From assembly GCA_020891255.1 (NCBI GenBank), contig BQFW01000004.1, positions 2,542,001 to 2,606,000 of the forward strand: a stretch of 64,000 nucleotides of DNA, written 5' to 3'. The DNA is from Entomortierella parvispora E1425. Taxonomy: Eukaryota > Fungi > Mortierellomycota. Below are positions 1-14,082 of this stretch, in pieces. The position numbers were made by a program, and so were the translations under genes. Below the pieces are notes generated by a model. It did no database searches. It saw nothing but the letters and a program-made list of their open reading frames with translations, and was not told the origin of the DNA. The stretch's first letter is position 1. Every line of letters starts with the position of its first letter.

Positions 1-2187
1 TCCAAAGAAAGAACATTGGAAGTTCCCTCCCAGATGGTGTTCACCAAAACGTCTCTCATTGCGCGTCCAAGCCCGGTCTCCTCCATGTAACCCTGTCCTC
101 CAAAAGCCTCCATGGCCTCCTGAGACATTGCAAATGCGTTCTTTGCGCTCCAGACTTTCAAAATGGGGGTCAAAAGTCGAAGGAGAGGAATGTCGCGTTC
201 CTTCACTTGAGGAAGATTGTTGTCCAAGGACTCAGTTCTTCCCAACATCGCCACGCAATAGAACGTGAACTGGCTGGTGGCGCGGTACTGCAACTCCATG
301 TTGGCGAGAGTCGCCAGATGAAGCGGCTGCTCCTTCAACAGCGCGCCAAACACCTAGAGATTGAAAGAGAAAGAGATCATTAGACACTTGACCGCCATCA
401 CCTGTTCTTTCACTATGTCTTCGGTCTCATTTTTCCTCACCTCGCGACGGCGAGCATACTCCTTGGAGACCAGGACGAATCTTTGCATGGCAGACGTGCA
501 AGACATGCCGCAATAGATACGGGTGATGTTCAAAATGGCTGAGATGTTCTTCACTCCTTTGTGCGTGGCGCCAACCTGCTGAGCAACCATGCCGTCCAAC
601 TCGAGCTCGGCAGTGGGAAGTGCCTTGGTGCCCACTTTGTCCTTCAGGCGGTGAATGCGAACACCATTGAGCTTGCCCTCATTATCACGGACTCTGGCAA
701 GATACAGAGACAAGCCCTTGCTACCATCCTTCATCGAACCAGCCGCCTTGGGGTCATGAGTACGGGCAAGAAGCATCGTAACATCGGCGTCTACAAGGAA
801 GGGGAGGGGGGAAGGAGTGTAAGCGAAAGAAGAGAGGAGAGGCAAAGAACAAAAGAAGGCTTGCACACACACCTGTAGCACTTGAGAACCATTTGAATCC
901 AGAGACCAACCAGGCCTTCTTTTCCTCGTTCCAAACGGCTTGAGTCTCTGTGCGCCCGACATCACTTCCGCCAGGACGCTCTGTCATCCACTGTCCGCTG
1001 GTGAAGAATCTCTTGGGGTCGCGACTAGTAAGTCGCGAGTACACCTGATCCTTCATATCCTGAGTTCCAATAAGCTCAATGACTCGAGCACATCCATCTA
1101 CGAGTAGGAGAACAAAGTTAGAAGATATCGATTGGGCCATTAAACGGGTCAGATCTCAGGTCTTCATACCAGTCATGGCAATTGGGCAACTGTAAAGTCC
1201 GGCACCAGCACTCCAGAGCATGAGCTTGGCCATCTGATAGATACGGGAGTACTGTCCGTACTTGCGTTCATAAGCGATAGCGACAACACCTTCGCGAGCT
1301 GCAATCTCTTTTTGTTTCTTCCATGACTCTGTAACCAAGAGTTCATCGACACGTCTAATGGGGCAGTCAGTGGTTAGAGAGAGAGAGAGAGAGTAGAGAT
1401 GGGCTTGTGCTCGACCTTCCAGGCTGCAGTTACCTGCACCAAGAGTCGTATTGGCGAAGTCTAGGCTGATCGGCCTCCATGCGATCGACGAGCGCTGCTC
1501 CCTCTGTGCAACAAGGATCGGAAGGAATGGAAAGGGACAATTAATTTTCTGTCACATGTCATTTGTGGAGAGGGTGCTGCGTGGGGAGAAATTGTGGCCA
1601 ACCGACGGAAGGGAAGAGTGGAGCAAGGGCTTGCTTACCGGTGTTGGCCCAGTCGCAGATATGAATAAGGTCGCTATTCAAGAGCACAGTGGACTGTTTA
1701 GACAAAGAGATTGACGGGCTTTGAGGTCAAGAATAGACTTGACGACCACTCACGAAGAGATATCCTGGAGAACATTGTCTGGGAGCAGTCTAGTCAAGAC
1801 GGAGACCATGACAGGGTCCTCGAGGAACGCGTTCTGGACCACAGGCACATCCTGCTTGAAGCCGACGTCTGCAGATGCAAAGACCATTGTGGAGATGAAT
1901 GAATGAGTAGATGAGATGGGTTGAAGTTTGAGATGGGAAGGAGAAAGAGGAGAAAAAAGCGTTGAAGGAAGGAGAGAGTTCGCAAAGGGATTCAGAGCTC
2001 AACGTGACTTTTGGTCCGGCAGTCGAATTGCCGACAAACGGACGAGGCGTGAACCGAGACGCCGACTCATTGAATAAAAGAGACTTGTTGCTGTGAACAT
2101 TGAGCTTGGTACACATCTACTATGCACCATGTCGCTTCTAGAAGACGGAACCTCGCGTCCGGCGTCTGGGGTTTGAACTTTCAGCAT
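1..2187 (-). CDS. Acyl-CoA dehydrogenase, AidB/ACAD11-like; multi-exon, 3' end runs off the window
   Basis: Spliced exons give FFTSGQWMTERPGGSDV, GFKWFSSAT, RLKDKVGTKALPTAELEL, EAMEAFGGQGYMEE and NTIWEGTSNVLSL, all acyl-CoA dehydrogenase motifs. GT-AG introns keep the frame. The start codon (2187) is uncertain. Confidence 0.9.
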
Positions 2188-3840
2188 GGTATGGCAGGGT
2201 AGGCGGCCTCCTATTTGCGACTCCAACAGTCAAGAAACCGCGATGACCAGCGGATCTGCAAAATATGCTGATGTACACCCTTAACGGGGTGTTTGTTTAC
2301 GTCTATAAATGCGGCGCCACAGCTCACTTTTTTTTTTTTTCTTTCTCTCCTCATCCCACACACCTTCCTCCTCCCTCCCCCTCCACCTCCACCTGTTCTG
2401 TTGCTCAAAGAGTAAGTTGAATCACCTTTGTCTTGATGGATGGATGCAACACCAAAAGACATGCAGCCTTGGGCTGTGTGTTGCTTTGTCTGTTGCATCC
2501 ATCTTTGGATGATTGATTCTCTTTCGCCTTGTTCAACGGAATAGGCGAGGTAGCTCTAGTTATGGTAAGCATTGAACAGCCACTCCTTTCCCATCTTTCT
2601 TTTCTTCGATCAGTGTGTTTGAATGATGTTTTATAAACAACGAATTTCTTCACCTGAAAGACCATGTTGAGCATTCTTCACAGAGCTTTTTAACCCTGAC
2701 TTATCATACACACAATCGAAACCTCGTTTTGAAAACCACATTCCTTACCATTGAGATGCGACAATGATCACTAACGTGTTCCCCACTATTGTTGTTCCCT
2801 CCAGACTTTTTAGAAAATAAAAAAGAAACGCGATGAACCAGAAAAAACTTTCGGATCTGTAAGAATGTCGACCCTCATTCATTTTTTTTTAAAAAATTTT
2901 TTTTTTTTGTTCTTTCCCTTGAGACTCTTGACAACGCAGGGTTTGGATCTGTAAATGATGATTTCGCAATTTTTGGCACCTCTTGTTTCAACCTCGTCCC
3001 CGTCGAGACTTCGGTTTCTTCCGCGACGTTGTGATGGTCACAACCTTGACACTTCTGAACTTGTCCAAACCCTTGTCAACGAGTCTCGTTTTTTTTTTTT
3101 TTTTTAAATAATATTCCAGAATGATAATAAAAAGAAAGTTGAACAGATACAACAACACGGCTATTTTTGCAGACTCGAAGAGTACAGTGCTCTCACCTTC
3201 TCAATGCGTAAACAATGGCTCAGGCGCATCTGTGCCCGGGCAGCAAGAGTTCATTTGAGCAACGAGAAAGAGGAAAACGGCCGACGAGATTGACGGGCGT
3301 ACAGCCCGGACAGGGTGGAGTTGGGAATGGTGACAGAGAGAGGCAGTGAGAAAAGAGAGCAGCGACAAAGAGGAAAAGGAGATCGAGCTTTTCTCTTGGG
3401 TCCTTTTCCCTTCCTCCACGTCCTTTTCTTCCCTTTCCCTCCAATCCTCCCTTTTGTGCCTCCTTGTCCCCTCTTCTGCTCCCTTTTCATCCCATCCCAT
3501 CCCTTGTCTTCCCTTCGTCCTCCTGCCAACCAACGCACAGTAACAATCTTATTGCCCCGTCTTCCCTTGCCTCCTGTCCCGACTCCCCTTTGCGTGTTTC
3601 TGGTGCTGCACCCTTGTGCGTGGCCTGGGTCTTTCTTGGGACTAGAAGTGGGCACAACAGCTTACTCACTCGCCTTCAACAACCACCACCGCCGCCGCTG
3701 ACAACCACTACTTCTTCTTATTCACCTCTCTCGCTCATTCATCCCTCCCTTTCCCATTGCTTTGCATTGCATCGCCTTGCGTCCACCTTGAAAGAGACCG
3801 TTGTATCCACCCCTGGTCTTGCTTGTCACACGTAAAAACC

Positions 3841-3848
3841 AAAAAAAA

Positions 3849-3879
<31 letters not shown>

Positions 3880-3880
3880 T
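3841..3880 (+). repeat. Poly(A) tract of about 40 nt upstream of the RING gene
   Basis: Near-pure A run with one G. Similar tracts lie upstream of several genes here, e.g. 22036-22062. Confidence 0.9.
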
Positions 3881-4025
3881 CATTATTCCAGGACTTTGGA
3901 CCTGAAATGCAACGACACTGGCAATGCATTTCACATGTAGACATCCATGACAACTCACCCCTCTTTGCCTTCCTGTGTTGTTAGCAGTCCAGAAACAGCG
4001 ACTCCACTGATACCCTCTTGCTTCA

Positions 4026-7000
4026 ATGGCGTCTGTTGCAGCATGGCCCTCACAGAGGCGGGCACCTGAAATAGACTCCAGTTCTACTCATCAGCGACAG
4101 GAGCAGGAGCAACAGCAGCAGCAGCCTGCTCAAACCGTGGATCCGCGTTTCTTGCTGTCGCCCGTGCCTGCGTCCATGGCACAGGCTCAAGCACAGCACA
4201 CGGCAAAGGGAACAACTGTGACAACAACACCCTCTGTTTCCGGAGATGGATCCACCCCAGAGACAATCACCCTATACCCGCTGGATCCAGTACCGAGCCA
4301 TCTCTTGTGTGCCATCTGCACGCTGCCTTATGAGAACCCCGTCCACTTCTTGCCTTGCTGCCACGTCTTTTGTCTGGAATGCATCCAGCTTTGGATTGGA
4401 ATGAACCTAAGCGATGATCAGCTCCAGGGTGAGCTCAGGAGAGCCTACCCCTCAGAAGAGGAGGAGCAGGATCCGTTGTCAAACATGGCCCCAGTCTCGC
4501 CCTACGGATTAGCTAATTCACAATACCAACAACAGTTCATGGTCGAGTTGGCCAGGATGGGGGGTGGAGACCCACTCTCTCGTTCTAGGACAAGCACCTC
4601 TGCTGGAAACATCTACGACACGTTCAATCATCTCACACCAACTCAACAGCGCCTCCTACAACAACAACAATCTCTTCAAAGGGTGGCGGTCCTACTCGAA
4701 AGTCGAGACATGCCAAAATGCCCAATGTGTCGAACAGCGCTCCATATCCATGGTTGGGATCGCTTGGAAGAACAGATCAAGGTCCCAGTTTCAGTTCGTT
4801 CTCAGGCTTCTCGACCATCTGGGAATCGTGGTCTTTCAGCATCGTCTTCATCGTCCGCATGGACGGAACAAAGCAATACCCCCAGACAAAGGCCAGTATC
4901 AGGTGTGGAGAGGAGACGGACTAGAACCAACCGCTTTCCAACATCAAGAAGGGAGGGTCGAGGAGAAAGCATCGGCGAGGAAGAAGAGGACCAGGAACAC
5001 GAGGACGAAGAAATCGAAATGGAACATGTCAGAACCCACAGGAGCTCGAGATCCAATGCTCTTGGACACCGTACGCTCTATTCACCCCCACGGCGTGCAC
5101 CGTTTATAAATCGACGGACTTTTCAGCATGAGGATTCCGTGGGAAACGATGGTGATGATGACGATGAGGAGGAGGTCCAGAGTCCTACGACTGCGGTGAT
5201 CGGTCGGAGACCCAGTGAATGGATGCGATACCAACAACGTCAATTACAAGCTCACCAGCAACAGCAGCGACAGCAACAATCGAGAACCCAGGACAGATCG
5301 CCTATCTCTGGGATGCTTTCTTTTGCAAGCTTGGCGGAGGACAGTCCTCATCCACATACTCCTTCAGCGAATCGGTATGATGAACAGCAGGAGCAGATCC
5401 GCCGTCTCTACCAGGAGCAGGAAAGTCAGGAGGAGCTTCTAAGAGTCTTGTCTGCCAGGGCTACCGATGCAGGTGAAGAAACCACAACCCAGGAAGGAGA
5501 GGTCACTCAGTTGATCTCACCCACGTCTTCGACAGAAGGTCGCGTGCAGATATCCATTCAAGAGCTGCGTCGCTCTTTGCAGCTTTTGGCGAGCCAGAGA
5601 GATCACGCCGATGAACAGACTGGACCTTCAACAGAAAACGAGTCAGAGGCTCAAAGGACCAGTGGTGGACAGTCTCTGCAGATTGACACGACATTGACGC
5701 GATCTAGCAGCCGTCAGAGTCAAGTTAGCCAGAACGCCACCAATCGATCGCGCCAGACTACGGTCGACGCATCAACCGTACAACAACAAGACACGCCTCG
5801 AAGCGATGATCTTGCGGGCGGATCTCGCAACACCGCGGACAGTGGATCCCTTCTGAATCCAGCAACAACCCTGTTGAGCGAGGAGGAGCAACGGGTACAA
5901 ACGGAAGAGAGCGACGGCGACAGTATCTTCGGCGAGATGGAACAAGGAACTCGGGCGTGGGCAGAAAGACCGTCAAGTCTAGTACTGGATTTAGGCCACA
6001 ACCCCCAATCACTCCAACTTCAAGGTAGTGTACTTGGATTTTTTCAATTTTTTTGTTGTATATTTGATCCAGCATCAGACCTTTTACTCAAACAGATATA
6101 TTCCTCATAGACATTTCGGACGATCATGACTTGAGCGTGTCCGACTCGGTTTCTGATTCAACTGCACCATCATCAGGATCAGAGTCGCCCAGCCACCTCA
6201 TCTCGCCATCCAATGAATCAACACTCTCTTACCAAACCACATCCACGTATCAAAACCACCAGTCTCTAGGAACACCAGTTTCACGCCGATCATCGAGCCA
6301 GCCTCACTGGGATCTTCACATCCAATCTCGTCCCATCTCGCTGTCGCAGAGCCAGTCTCACTCGCATGCGCTACAAATGCCCTCTTTCGACGCAATGACA
6401 GCCGTCACTGAGGACTCTGAGAGTGCAGAAGAACCCACAGTGCATGACTACGATGGATACAGAGAAGAACCTTGGAACGACTCATTCCAGGAGGAGGAAG
6501 TTGAAACGAATTGTCATAAGGCTCGACACTCAGTGAATGAATGTTCGACCTCGACTCTGGAAGCTGAACTTGCTCGTGCTGAGAGAAATCATCCGTCAGT
6601 GGAGAAGACTTTGGAAGACGGAAACGCTTCCAATACAGCAGTTGATCCAAGTACCAGCGCCGGTACTGTAGGACAGTCGAGTTCTGGATCTTCCATGGCC
6701 TCAGGGTCGAGTCTGACAGCAGGAACTCTTTTACCTTCAGTCGCCTGGAAAGCAGGGCCTTCAGGGTACTCGCCTCTTGTAAGAGATCTGGATATCCATA
6801 CGCCGATCATAACTACGACAGAAGGTTCTGTAACCACCCTCGCGGACATGCAGATGGAAGCCGATATCTTGGCCCGTGCACGATCCAACTCGATTGTCTT
6901 TTCGGATGAGGACTCTCCGGTCATTCGGGAACCTCCCTCACCTATGGATTCACCTATACCCACACCGTCTACAGCTCGACCACGGAATCGATTCCCATCC

Positions 7001-9236
7001 GGCTTTAGACTTATTCGTGATGACGAGGAGGATGATGGCAACGAAAGCTTCAACGATGCAGACGGCGTAGATGAAGAGGAGGAAGATGAAATGGCCATGG
7101 AATCTGATCAGGAGGACTCGGCAGGATTGACAGTTGGCGTACAAGATAGCCCAGTGGAAGGGCCTGAAACAGATGAGGAACGTGAGGCAGTACAAGATGA
7201 AGAGCAGGATGGGCGTCGGGACTGTCAGAGGCAATTAGATGGCGACCACGAGCAGCTGTTACTGCTACAATCAACCCGTGAAGTCGCTGAAGATTCCTTG
7301 GCCGACTCTCCGAGTGTCGTCGTTGACCCAAGCGGAATACATGGCACCGAGGGCTCTCCTTTGAATGAGTCTGAGGCCTCTACAAACACCCCCACTGAAG
7401 TAACTTTGGACCCTCTGCAGACGGACGGCACCATGTCTCTAGTTTCCGCTCCCACGGTCGCTTCGATTTCTGAGACTCTAACTTTGGTGACTGAAGATCC
7501 ATTAACGAGTCCATCGGCCAGCAATACAACTGTAACTGCATCTGCAGTTACGATTGCGACTGAGCAGGAAACATTCCCTCTCCGATCACAATTATCTGCG
7601 AGTCCTCCTAGAAGATCCTCACTTGCCATGACAGCCCCTCCAGCTCTTCCAATGCCCCTATTGGCTGATAATCCGTCAGAATCCAACCAGACCGCTTTCC
7701 ACCAACACAGTGAGCCAGGCTCTCCCGAAGTTACCTCTCAGTCCACGAGGGAGTCAGGAGAGGTCCGAGACACGATGATCGGCGTATCTACAGGCCATAA
7801 TATTGGCGAAATGGAAGAGGAAAGGAACAGTCCACGGGAAGCGGTGTTGGAGCATACGCCATCTTCGATCGATTCCGCGCATTCTTTGGAAGAGAGTTTT
7901 ACCGAAAATTCAGGATCGACCCAAGGAGATTCTATTCCGCAGCAGAGGCGGAGACGACAAGATCAGGACGCGGCCGTCGTGAGCCAGGAAAGAGAGGCTA
8001 CTGAAGAGGGCCGAGAGGACACGTTGTCTCTGGCGCAGAGGCGAGAGAACGAACAGAGGGTGCGACAAGAACATGAGAACTGGGCACAACATTCTCATCG
8101 GCATCATTCTGACCACTCACATCGACAGCAACTGGAGCAGGAACAAGAGGACGAGGAACGGGTCCATGTTCATATTCAATATCGAACTCTAGTCCGATAC
8201 CAACCTCGCCTCCCAAAAGCTCATGTGATGTCGGACCTAATTTCCCAAATCCGAGTGCAATGTCCCCACGTAGCCTTTGGCTGTGACGAAACCATGGAGA
8301 TGCAGCGGGCACTGCAGCACGGACGGGATCATTGTCGGTTCAGGAAAGTGATGTGTCCTCGGGCTCGATGCGGTTTATGGATGAGAGCGGACCAAATTCT
8401 GGAACATATCTTGATGGTCGATCCAGCCTCCTCCTCCGTCAACGCTTCGACTTCCTCTGCTTTGTCCCCTCCGACCTCAACGGGCTCAGCTTCTTCTCAG
8501 GCAGATAGAACGCCAAGCACCAGCGCAAGGAGTCTTGGGCCTAATCAGGTATGAATCTTGGTCAGGCCAGATTGTTTTCCTTTTTTTCACTTCTTCTCGC
8601 CGTGTCTTTTTTTTTTTTTTTTTGCTCCACGGCTCCATAAAAAAACAAGAAAGCTGTTTTTTGCATGGCCATCATTGCGTAGACCATGCAAAGAGGAACA
8701 ATGTTTATTAATCCAATTTATTTCTCGCCGTTTTGTATTCGCACTAGAATGGTACATTCAATTCTGCTCGACGACCGAGCCATGGACTGCGAGGAAGAAG
8801 AGGTAGTCAGCCATTGCCATCGTCCTACAATAACAACACGCGATCGTCCCCTGCTCGGACTACGACCTCCACAGTTGCATCCGTCACAACGCCGACGCCG
8901 TCTGCTCTCCCCACTGGTCTCGGCTTTAACTCTAGATCCAATGCTGGTGGTCACAAAGAGTTCATATCGTCCGAATCTGCAACTGCGCCCAGTGCCGTGG
9001 CCCCCATGGTGGTGACAACAACGGGCGTCCCACCTTGTCCAGGACTGACGTGGGAACGTGAGCAATTGACGCGTGCTACGGGGATTATTGGGCAGTTGAC
9101 AGAGGAGAACTCAAGTCTTCGACAAATGATCCGACAACTCCAATCCCAAAACACCAGGATGATCAAGGAGAAGATCGAAAGGGAGAAGGAGCGTGATCGA
9201 TGGCTACGCTTCACCAGTTTGACTAGCAAAGTCTGA
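4026..9236 (+). CDS. RING-finger / TRAF-type zinc-finger protein, probable E3 ligase, about 1641 aa and mostly disordered; exons 4026-6024, 6111-8548, 8748-9236
   Basis: C3HC4 motif CAIC..PCCHVFCLEC...CPMC. TRAF/SIAH-like Zn finger CPHVAFGC...HGRDHC...CPRARC...H. C-terminal coiled coil. Both GT-AG introns are phase-compatible. Confidence 0.8.
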
Positions 9237-12200
9237 GTCACTCTTTTTTTTTTTTTGCGGCGTGCATGGTTCAAAACATCCTCTTTCATATATTTATACC
9301 AATAGTACAATACTACGACTATACAACTCTACAAATATATTAATATAGAAACAGCCTGCTTCAGACCCAACGAGTGAAAGGAACCTTCTTCGCAGCGATC
9401 TGGAGATTGAAGCACGGTCAAATCGGCTTAACTTCTTTTACACGACTCGCCTGCGCCCTCCGAGGCGACTCAGTGACCTGGGCATGCGGAATAAGATGAG
9501 CGCATGCGCTCTCTCTCCCTCTCATTCTCTCTTCTACTCAGAAGACCTTAAGATTCATATTTGCCCGAGTTTGTTTCGCGTCAGCCTCGAGTCTAATGCG
9601 TGGCTCTATTGACCGAGCCATGGCCAAATTACTGCGGACTCTCCTAGTGACACAAGACCTTCACTCTTGTCCATCACACACACACCCCCAACCAAAACAT
9701 AGTTTCTGAATTCCGCAGAATCAAAAGGGGGAGAAGGGGGAAAGGGTCTTGGCAGACGACCAAATGGTCTTTGTGCCACCCTTCAAAGGACCTCACTTGA
9801 AGACTATTCAGTCTGCTTTCCTATTTCGTAGAATGTCATAGAGGGGAAGGGGGAAGGGACGGAGGACAAAAAAAGACGCGTTCCCCCTTTGCCCAGACCT
9901 CTTTGTTCCAGATCCTTCCCTCCCTCTCACCTTTTTTCGCGCCTTTCCCGTCTCTTTGCCACCATTATAAGAGAGAAACCCAAGACAACAAAAAAAACAT
10001 GGTTTTGTGCAACGGTTGAAAAAATAACAAATTTGAACTCGTGGGAGGTGGAGGAGAGGAGGGGGGAGTCGACCTGCATGTTTTTCTTTGCCTCCACTTT
10101 GTTTCTGCCCCTTGCCAATGAGGCAATGATACTTTTTTTGGGTGGAAAAAAAGAATGGTGCAAAGATCTCTCGGAAGGGTTCGCGCTTCCTTCGTTTGGC
10201 CTTTTGCCTTTGTGTTCGCAACGTGCCATCCTTTGTTTGATTTGTCCTTGCCATGGTGTTGGTGGTTGTGGCCGTCTGTCTAGCTGTCTCTCCGCTGTCT
10301 GTTGAGTGTTGTGAATTTGAATCAAATAATGAGGGTGTGCCCATGTGGATAGGGCTCATGTGGGTGATGTTGAGTTAATTGCCACAGATGACACCGATTG
10401 TCAAAGTTGTCAAGGCACAAGTGAGATGCAAAGAGATGAGATGGCTCTGACAAAGCTCTCTTCTTCACGCACTCTCATACACGCTTTTCGTTCGCTCTTC
10501 AAAGAAGAGCGATACCGACTTTGTCATATCTCTTGGGAAAGGCACATCCGAATCACTGATTGCACCCACGACGTTCATAATCGCGTGCAACATGTCCTTT
10601 ATGTTTAATAATCGATAGTCGCAAAAATGAGCAAAAAAAAAAAAAAAAAAAAAAAGAGAGATAGAATCAAGGGCGTGTGAGCGAAAGGGCGTCTTTGTTG
10701 ACAGGAATCGGTGAAGATGTCCGAGGTTGGTGAGTATTTCCGGTTTTTCTTTTCTTTCTTTAACCAAAAACACACGCCAACAGGAAGAAGAAGCAACAAG
10801 AGTGTGTGTCATGCAGACCAATTCAGCACCGGCCGCCAACTCTCTATCTCTTTCAACGACAGACAAAGTGCGTTCGAGAGAGACAAAGAGTCCTTAATTA
10901 GCGCGCGTGTTGGTCGTAGCGTGGCGTTATCGTTTGGTGGAATGGACGGTAGCGTGTGGGTGTCGCGGGGGATGACCTTTTTGAATACTTTGTGAGTGAA
11001 GTGAGAAAACAGCCCCACTTCTCCCTCTCTTGCTTCTCTCCCACGCGTAGATGGAGTCAAGAGAAGAAGAGGGGGAGTTGGGTGACCTGAGCGCCCCATG
11101 CTGTCTCATTCAGCAAATTGAGGGTATTGACAGAAAAGTACACGTACAAAAGTTTTTTTACAGCGCCTTTTGAGCAAAGATGACTACGCGACGCGTCTGT
11201 TCTTGTTGAAGGATGCCCTTCGGGTATATCCTCCACTCTTCTCTCTCCGAACTGAAGGCTCCCGAACTCGCGTGAGCAAGAGAAAGACAGGGAACGGCGT
11301 CCTGAGCCATGTGCTTCTTTTTTTCTCCTGACTGCGCCTGGACAATGGTCGAACATTACCACCATGCACCCTTTGTCCAACAGCTCCTTACATCCCTGCT
11401 TTCGGCTCTTTGTTTTCTGTGTTCCCTTTTCATCGGGCAGGGCAAAGTAATGCAATTCCACCAAGGTTACCATTACTACTATTGTTGTTGTTATCATCAC
11501 CCGTCACTGCCATCGGTGACAGTAAAAAAAAAAGGCGAGGTCATCGTCTACTGAGCCATCCATCGTGGCCTGTTTTTTTTTGCTAAGCCGGCCGCTTTTT
11601 CGACCTGAATGGCGAAACAAAAAGGCAAAGAAAATTCGAAGGGCGTCGCACAGCCGAGAGATTCTATGCTTTCTTTTTTACCAGCTCCGATAATCTCTTC
11701 GCCTTGACCTTGCTTGCATTGCCCACCCTATTTTTTTTTTTTTACTTTTCGACCTTGTCCTCCAAATTGTCAAAAGGTTTGAAGCCAACAGGTTTTTTCT
11801 GTTTTATTTTCTTCTTGGACAAACAAATGGATGACGGACTAAACTAGCTGATCTGGCCTGGCCTGACCCAGACCTGACTCGAACATCCCGCCTGTCAAAT
11901 GCAACTCTTTGACCAAGGAACTGTTGTGTTTTCAGCAGTAAAAAGAATGCAGGGCGTTAACCTTTCGGGCGCGTGTCTCGTCGCCCTCTTCTTTTTTTTT
12001 TTCTCTCTTTCATCCTTTCAATTCTGATTGCACGACAGTCCAAAAAAAAAAGGGTTGGCGCGGTAGGTTGGAGCAAAAAGGTTGGGAATCAAAGCAGACC
12101 AACAACAAAGGGAAACGGGCTTTTTCGACAAGAGCTGAAGGCGCCCTTGTTCGTCTCATCGCCTCCCCTTTTGCTCATGATGTTTTTTGTTCGGAAAAGC

Positions 12201-12943
12201 GAAATAGCTCCGAAACACGTCCTGAATGGTCCACCGATAGATGCACTTGGGGGGTGAAGAATGGTCCTCTGTGGCAAGGCAATTGTATCGGTGGCGGTGG
12301 TTTTAAGGACTGCGGTGCATGCTACGTTTTTTTGGGTTAGGGTTCCTTCACAGAGCGCAAAAAAGAGAGTCGATGCGGGAGCCAGCGCGGTTTGGTTTAG
12401 AAAAAACAACTGAAGTGTGTCTCTGTCTCTCCTACTGCCGCAGCGTTTTAGTATTGTCCAGCAGTGTCTTTTTGATCCATCGCGATATGCAATCCTGTCC
12501 ACCGATCCCCCTTCGAGTCATCGCACCCCTTACTCCCTTCAGTCAGTCAGTCGTCAGTGAAACATACATTCCACGTGACCGTTCGGTGTACGGTGCGGTA
12601 CGCAGCAAAGAAACCAGTGTACGTATACGTGCGCAGCCCTCAAGGATCTGTTGTCCGCAGCACGATGTCCGCCAATCAGATCGCGCCATTATGTTTTCCG
12701 CAATTTTTTTTTGTTGTCCGATGACGGGCCCATTGTCATGTCAGAGGGAACAGAGAGCAGTGAGCACCAGAAGGTCATCGCCGCACTGCAGCAAAACGCA
12801 AGCAACCACCATCGCACAGGCTGCACCCAAAGCGCACGCTTTGGGAAGAGACAGAGGGGGAGAGGATGGGAACACAAGAAAAAAAAAAAGGAAAAGAAAA
12901 CAGTGATGGTGATGATGATGGTGGGTGGGGAGTGTGTATGTTT

Positions 12944-12974
<31 letters not shown>

Positions 12975-14082
12975 AATGAATGACTGGGCCCCTTTTCTCT
13001 TTGCCTGATGAAAGGGATCAATTGAGTGAGTATTCAATCAGACAAAGGGAAAACGCACTGTCTCGCTGTCTCCCTGACAAGGCTGCCAGCCAGCCAGCCC
13101 ACTCACTCACTCACTCAGACTTCTGCTTACCGCAGAAGCCAAGGTGAAAAAAAAGTCCAGAGACTCCAAGGTGTGCAGTTCAATGTGCTCGATCATCCGC
13201 TCGGATTGGCCCTCTTTTCATCTCTTTCTCCTCTTTCTTTCCTCCTCCTCAACACATCCTTTCCATCGCCACCAACCTTGACTTGCTCTCTTCTCAAAAT
13301 CAACACTCCAACAGCTCCAGCCCGCCCCGCTCTCTTTCTGCTCAATTCGACCCTCGCCTTTGTCTCCTTCGCAACAACGCCTCCTCCCAGTCGCTACGCC
13401 TCCCTTGGCCCGATTCTTCTGACGACCTCCCTTCCGCTTGTTTTTATCAAGACCGTCCTTTCCCTGTTTGAATCCCATTTCTTTACAATGTCATCCGCCG
13501 TTGTTTCTTGCTAGGAATCTTCCTTTACCTCCACCTTCAATCCAACAGTCGAATCCTACTTCTGTTTCTGCCTGCCTCCATCGACTTTTTTATACATTTG
13601 TGCAACCCGTTTTCTTCGTTTTTTATTCCACCTTTTTCGTCCTTTTTTCTCCTTTTCTTTGAAGCCAGAAAGCTCGTTCTTGGACGATATTTTTTTGTTT
13701 CTATCCTTGTTCTTTCGTCCTCGCGCTCTCCTTTGACCTCCACCCAAAGTCCCCTCCACTTCTAGCCATCATACACTCATCCAAGGTTCTCCTGCAAGCG
13801 CTCGTTCCTCTTCCCTCCCCCCCTCTCTCACCATTCGTTCTTCCCCCTCCGGATCCATAACGATTGAAACAAAAAAAGTCTAGGAAATTATCTCCTCTTT
13901 TTTTTTCCTACCCTTTTCTCGTTCCACAAAGGGTTCTTTCCTAGTTTCTCTTTCTTTTTTTCTTTGTTGGTCGTCTTCTCTCTGTTATATCCTTCATGCT
14001 TACCCTCCAGGTATGCGCAGCGACCTCCACTGGCACAAATTTCCAGCCTGGCGGAGGGCTTGAATGCCCTTCTGTCCAGGCC

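Noticed and set aside
9808-13470. Many short ORFs on both strands
   Set aside because: They translate poly-T/A runs and microsatellites (FFFF, KKKK, HTHT). The region is non-coding.
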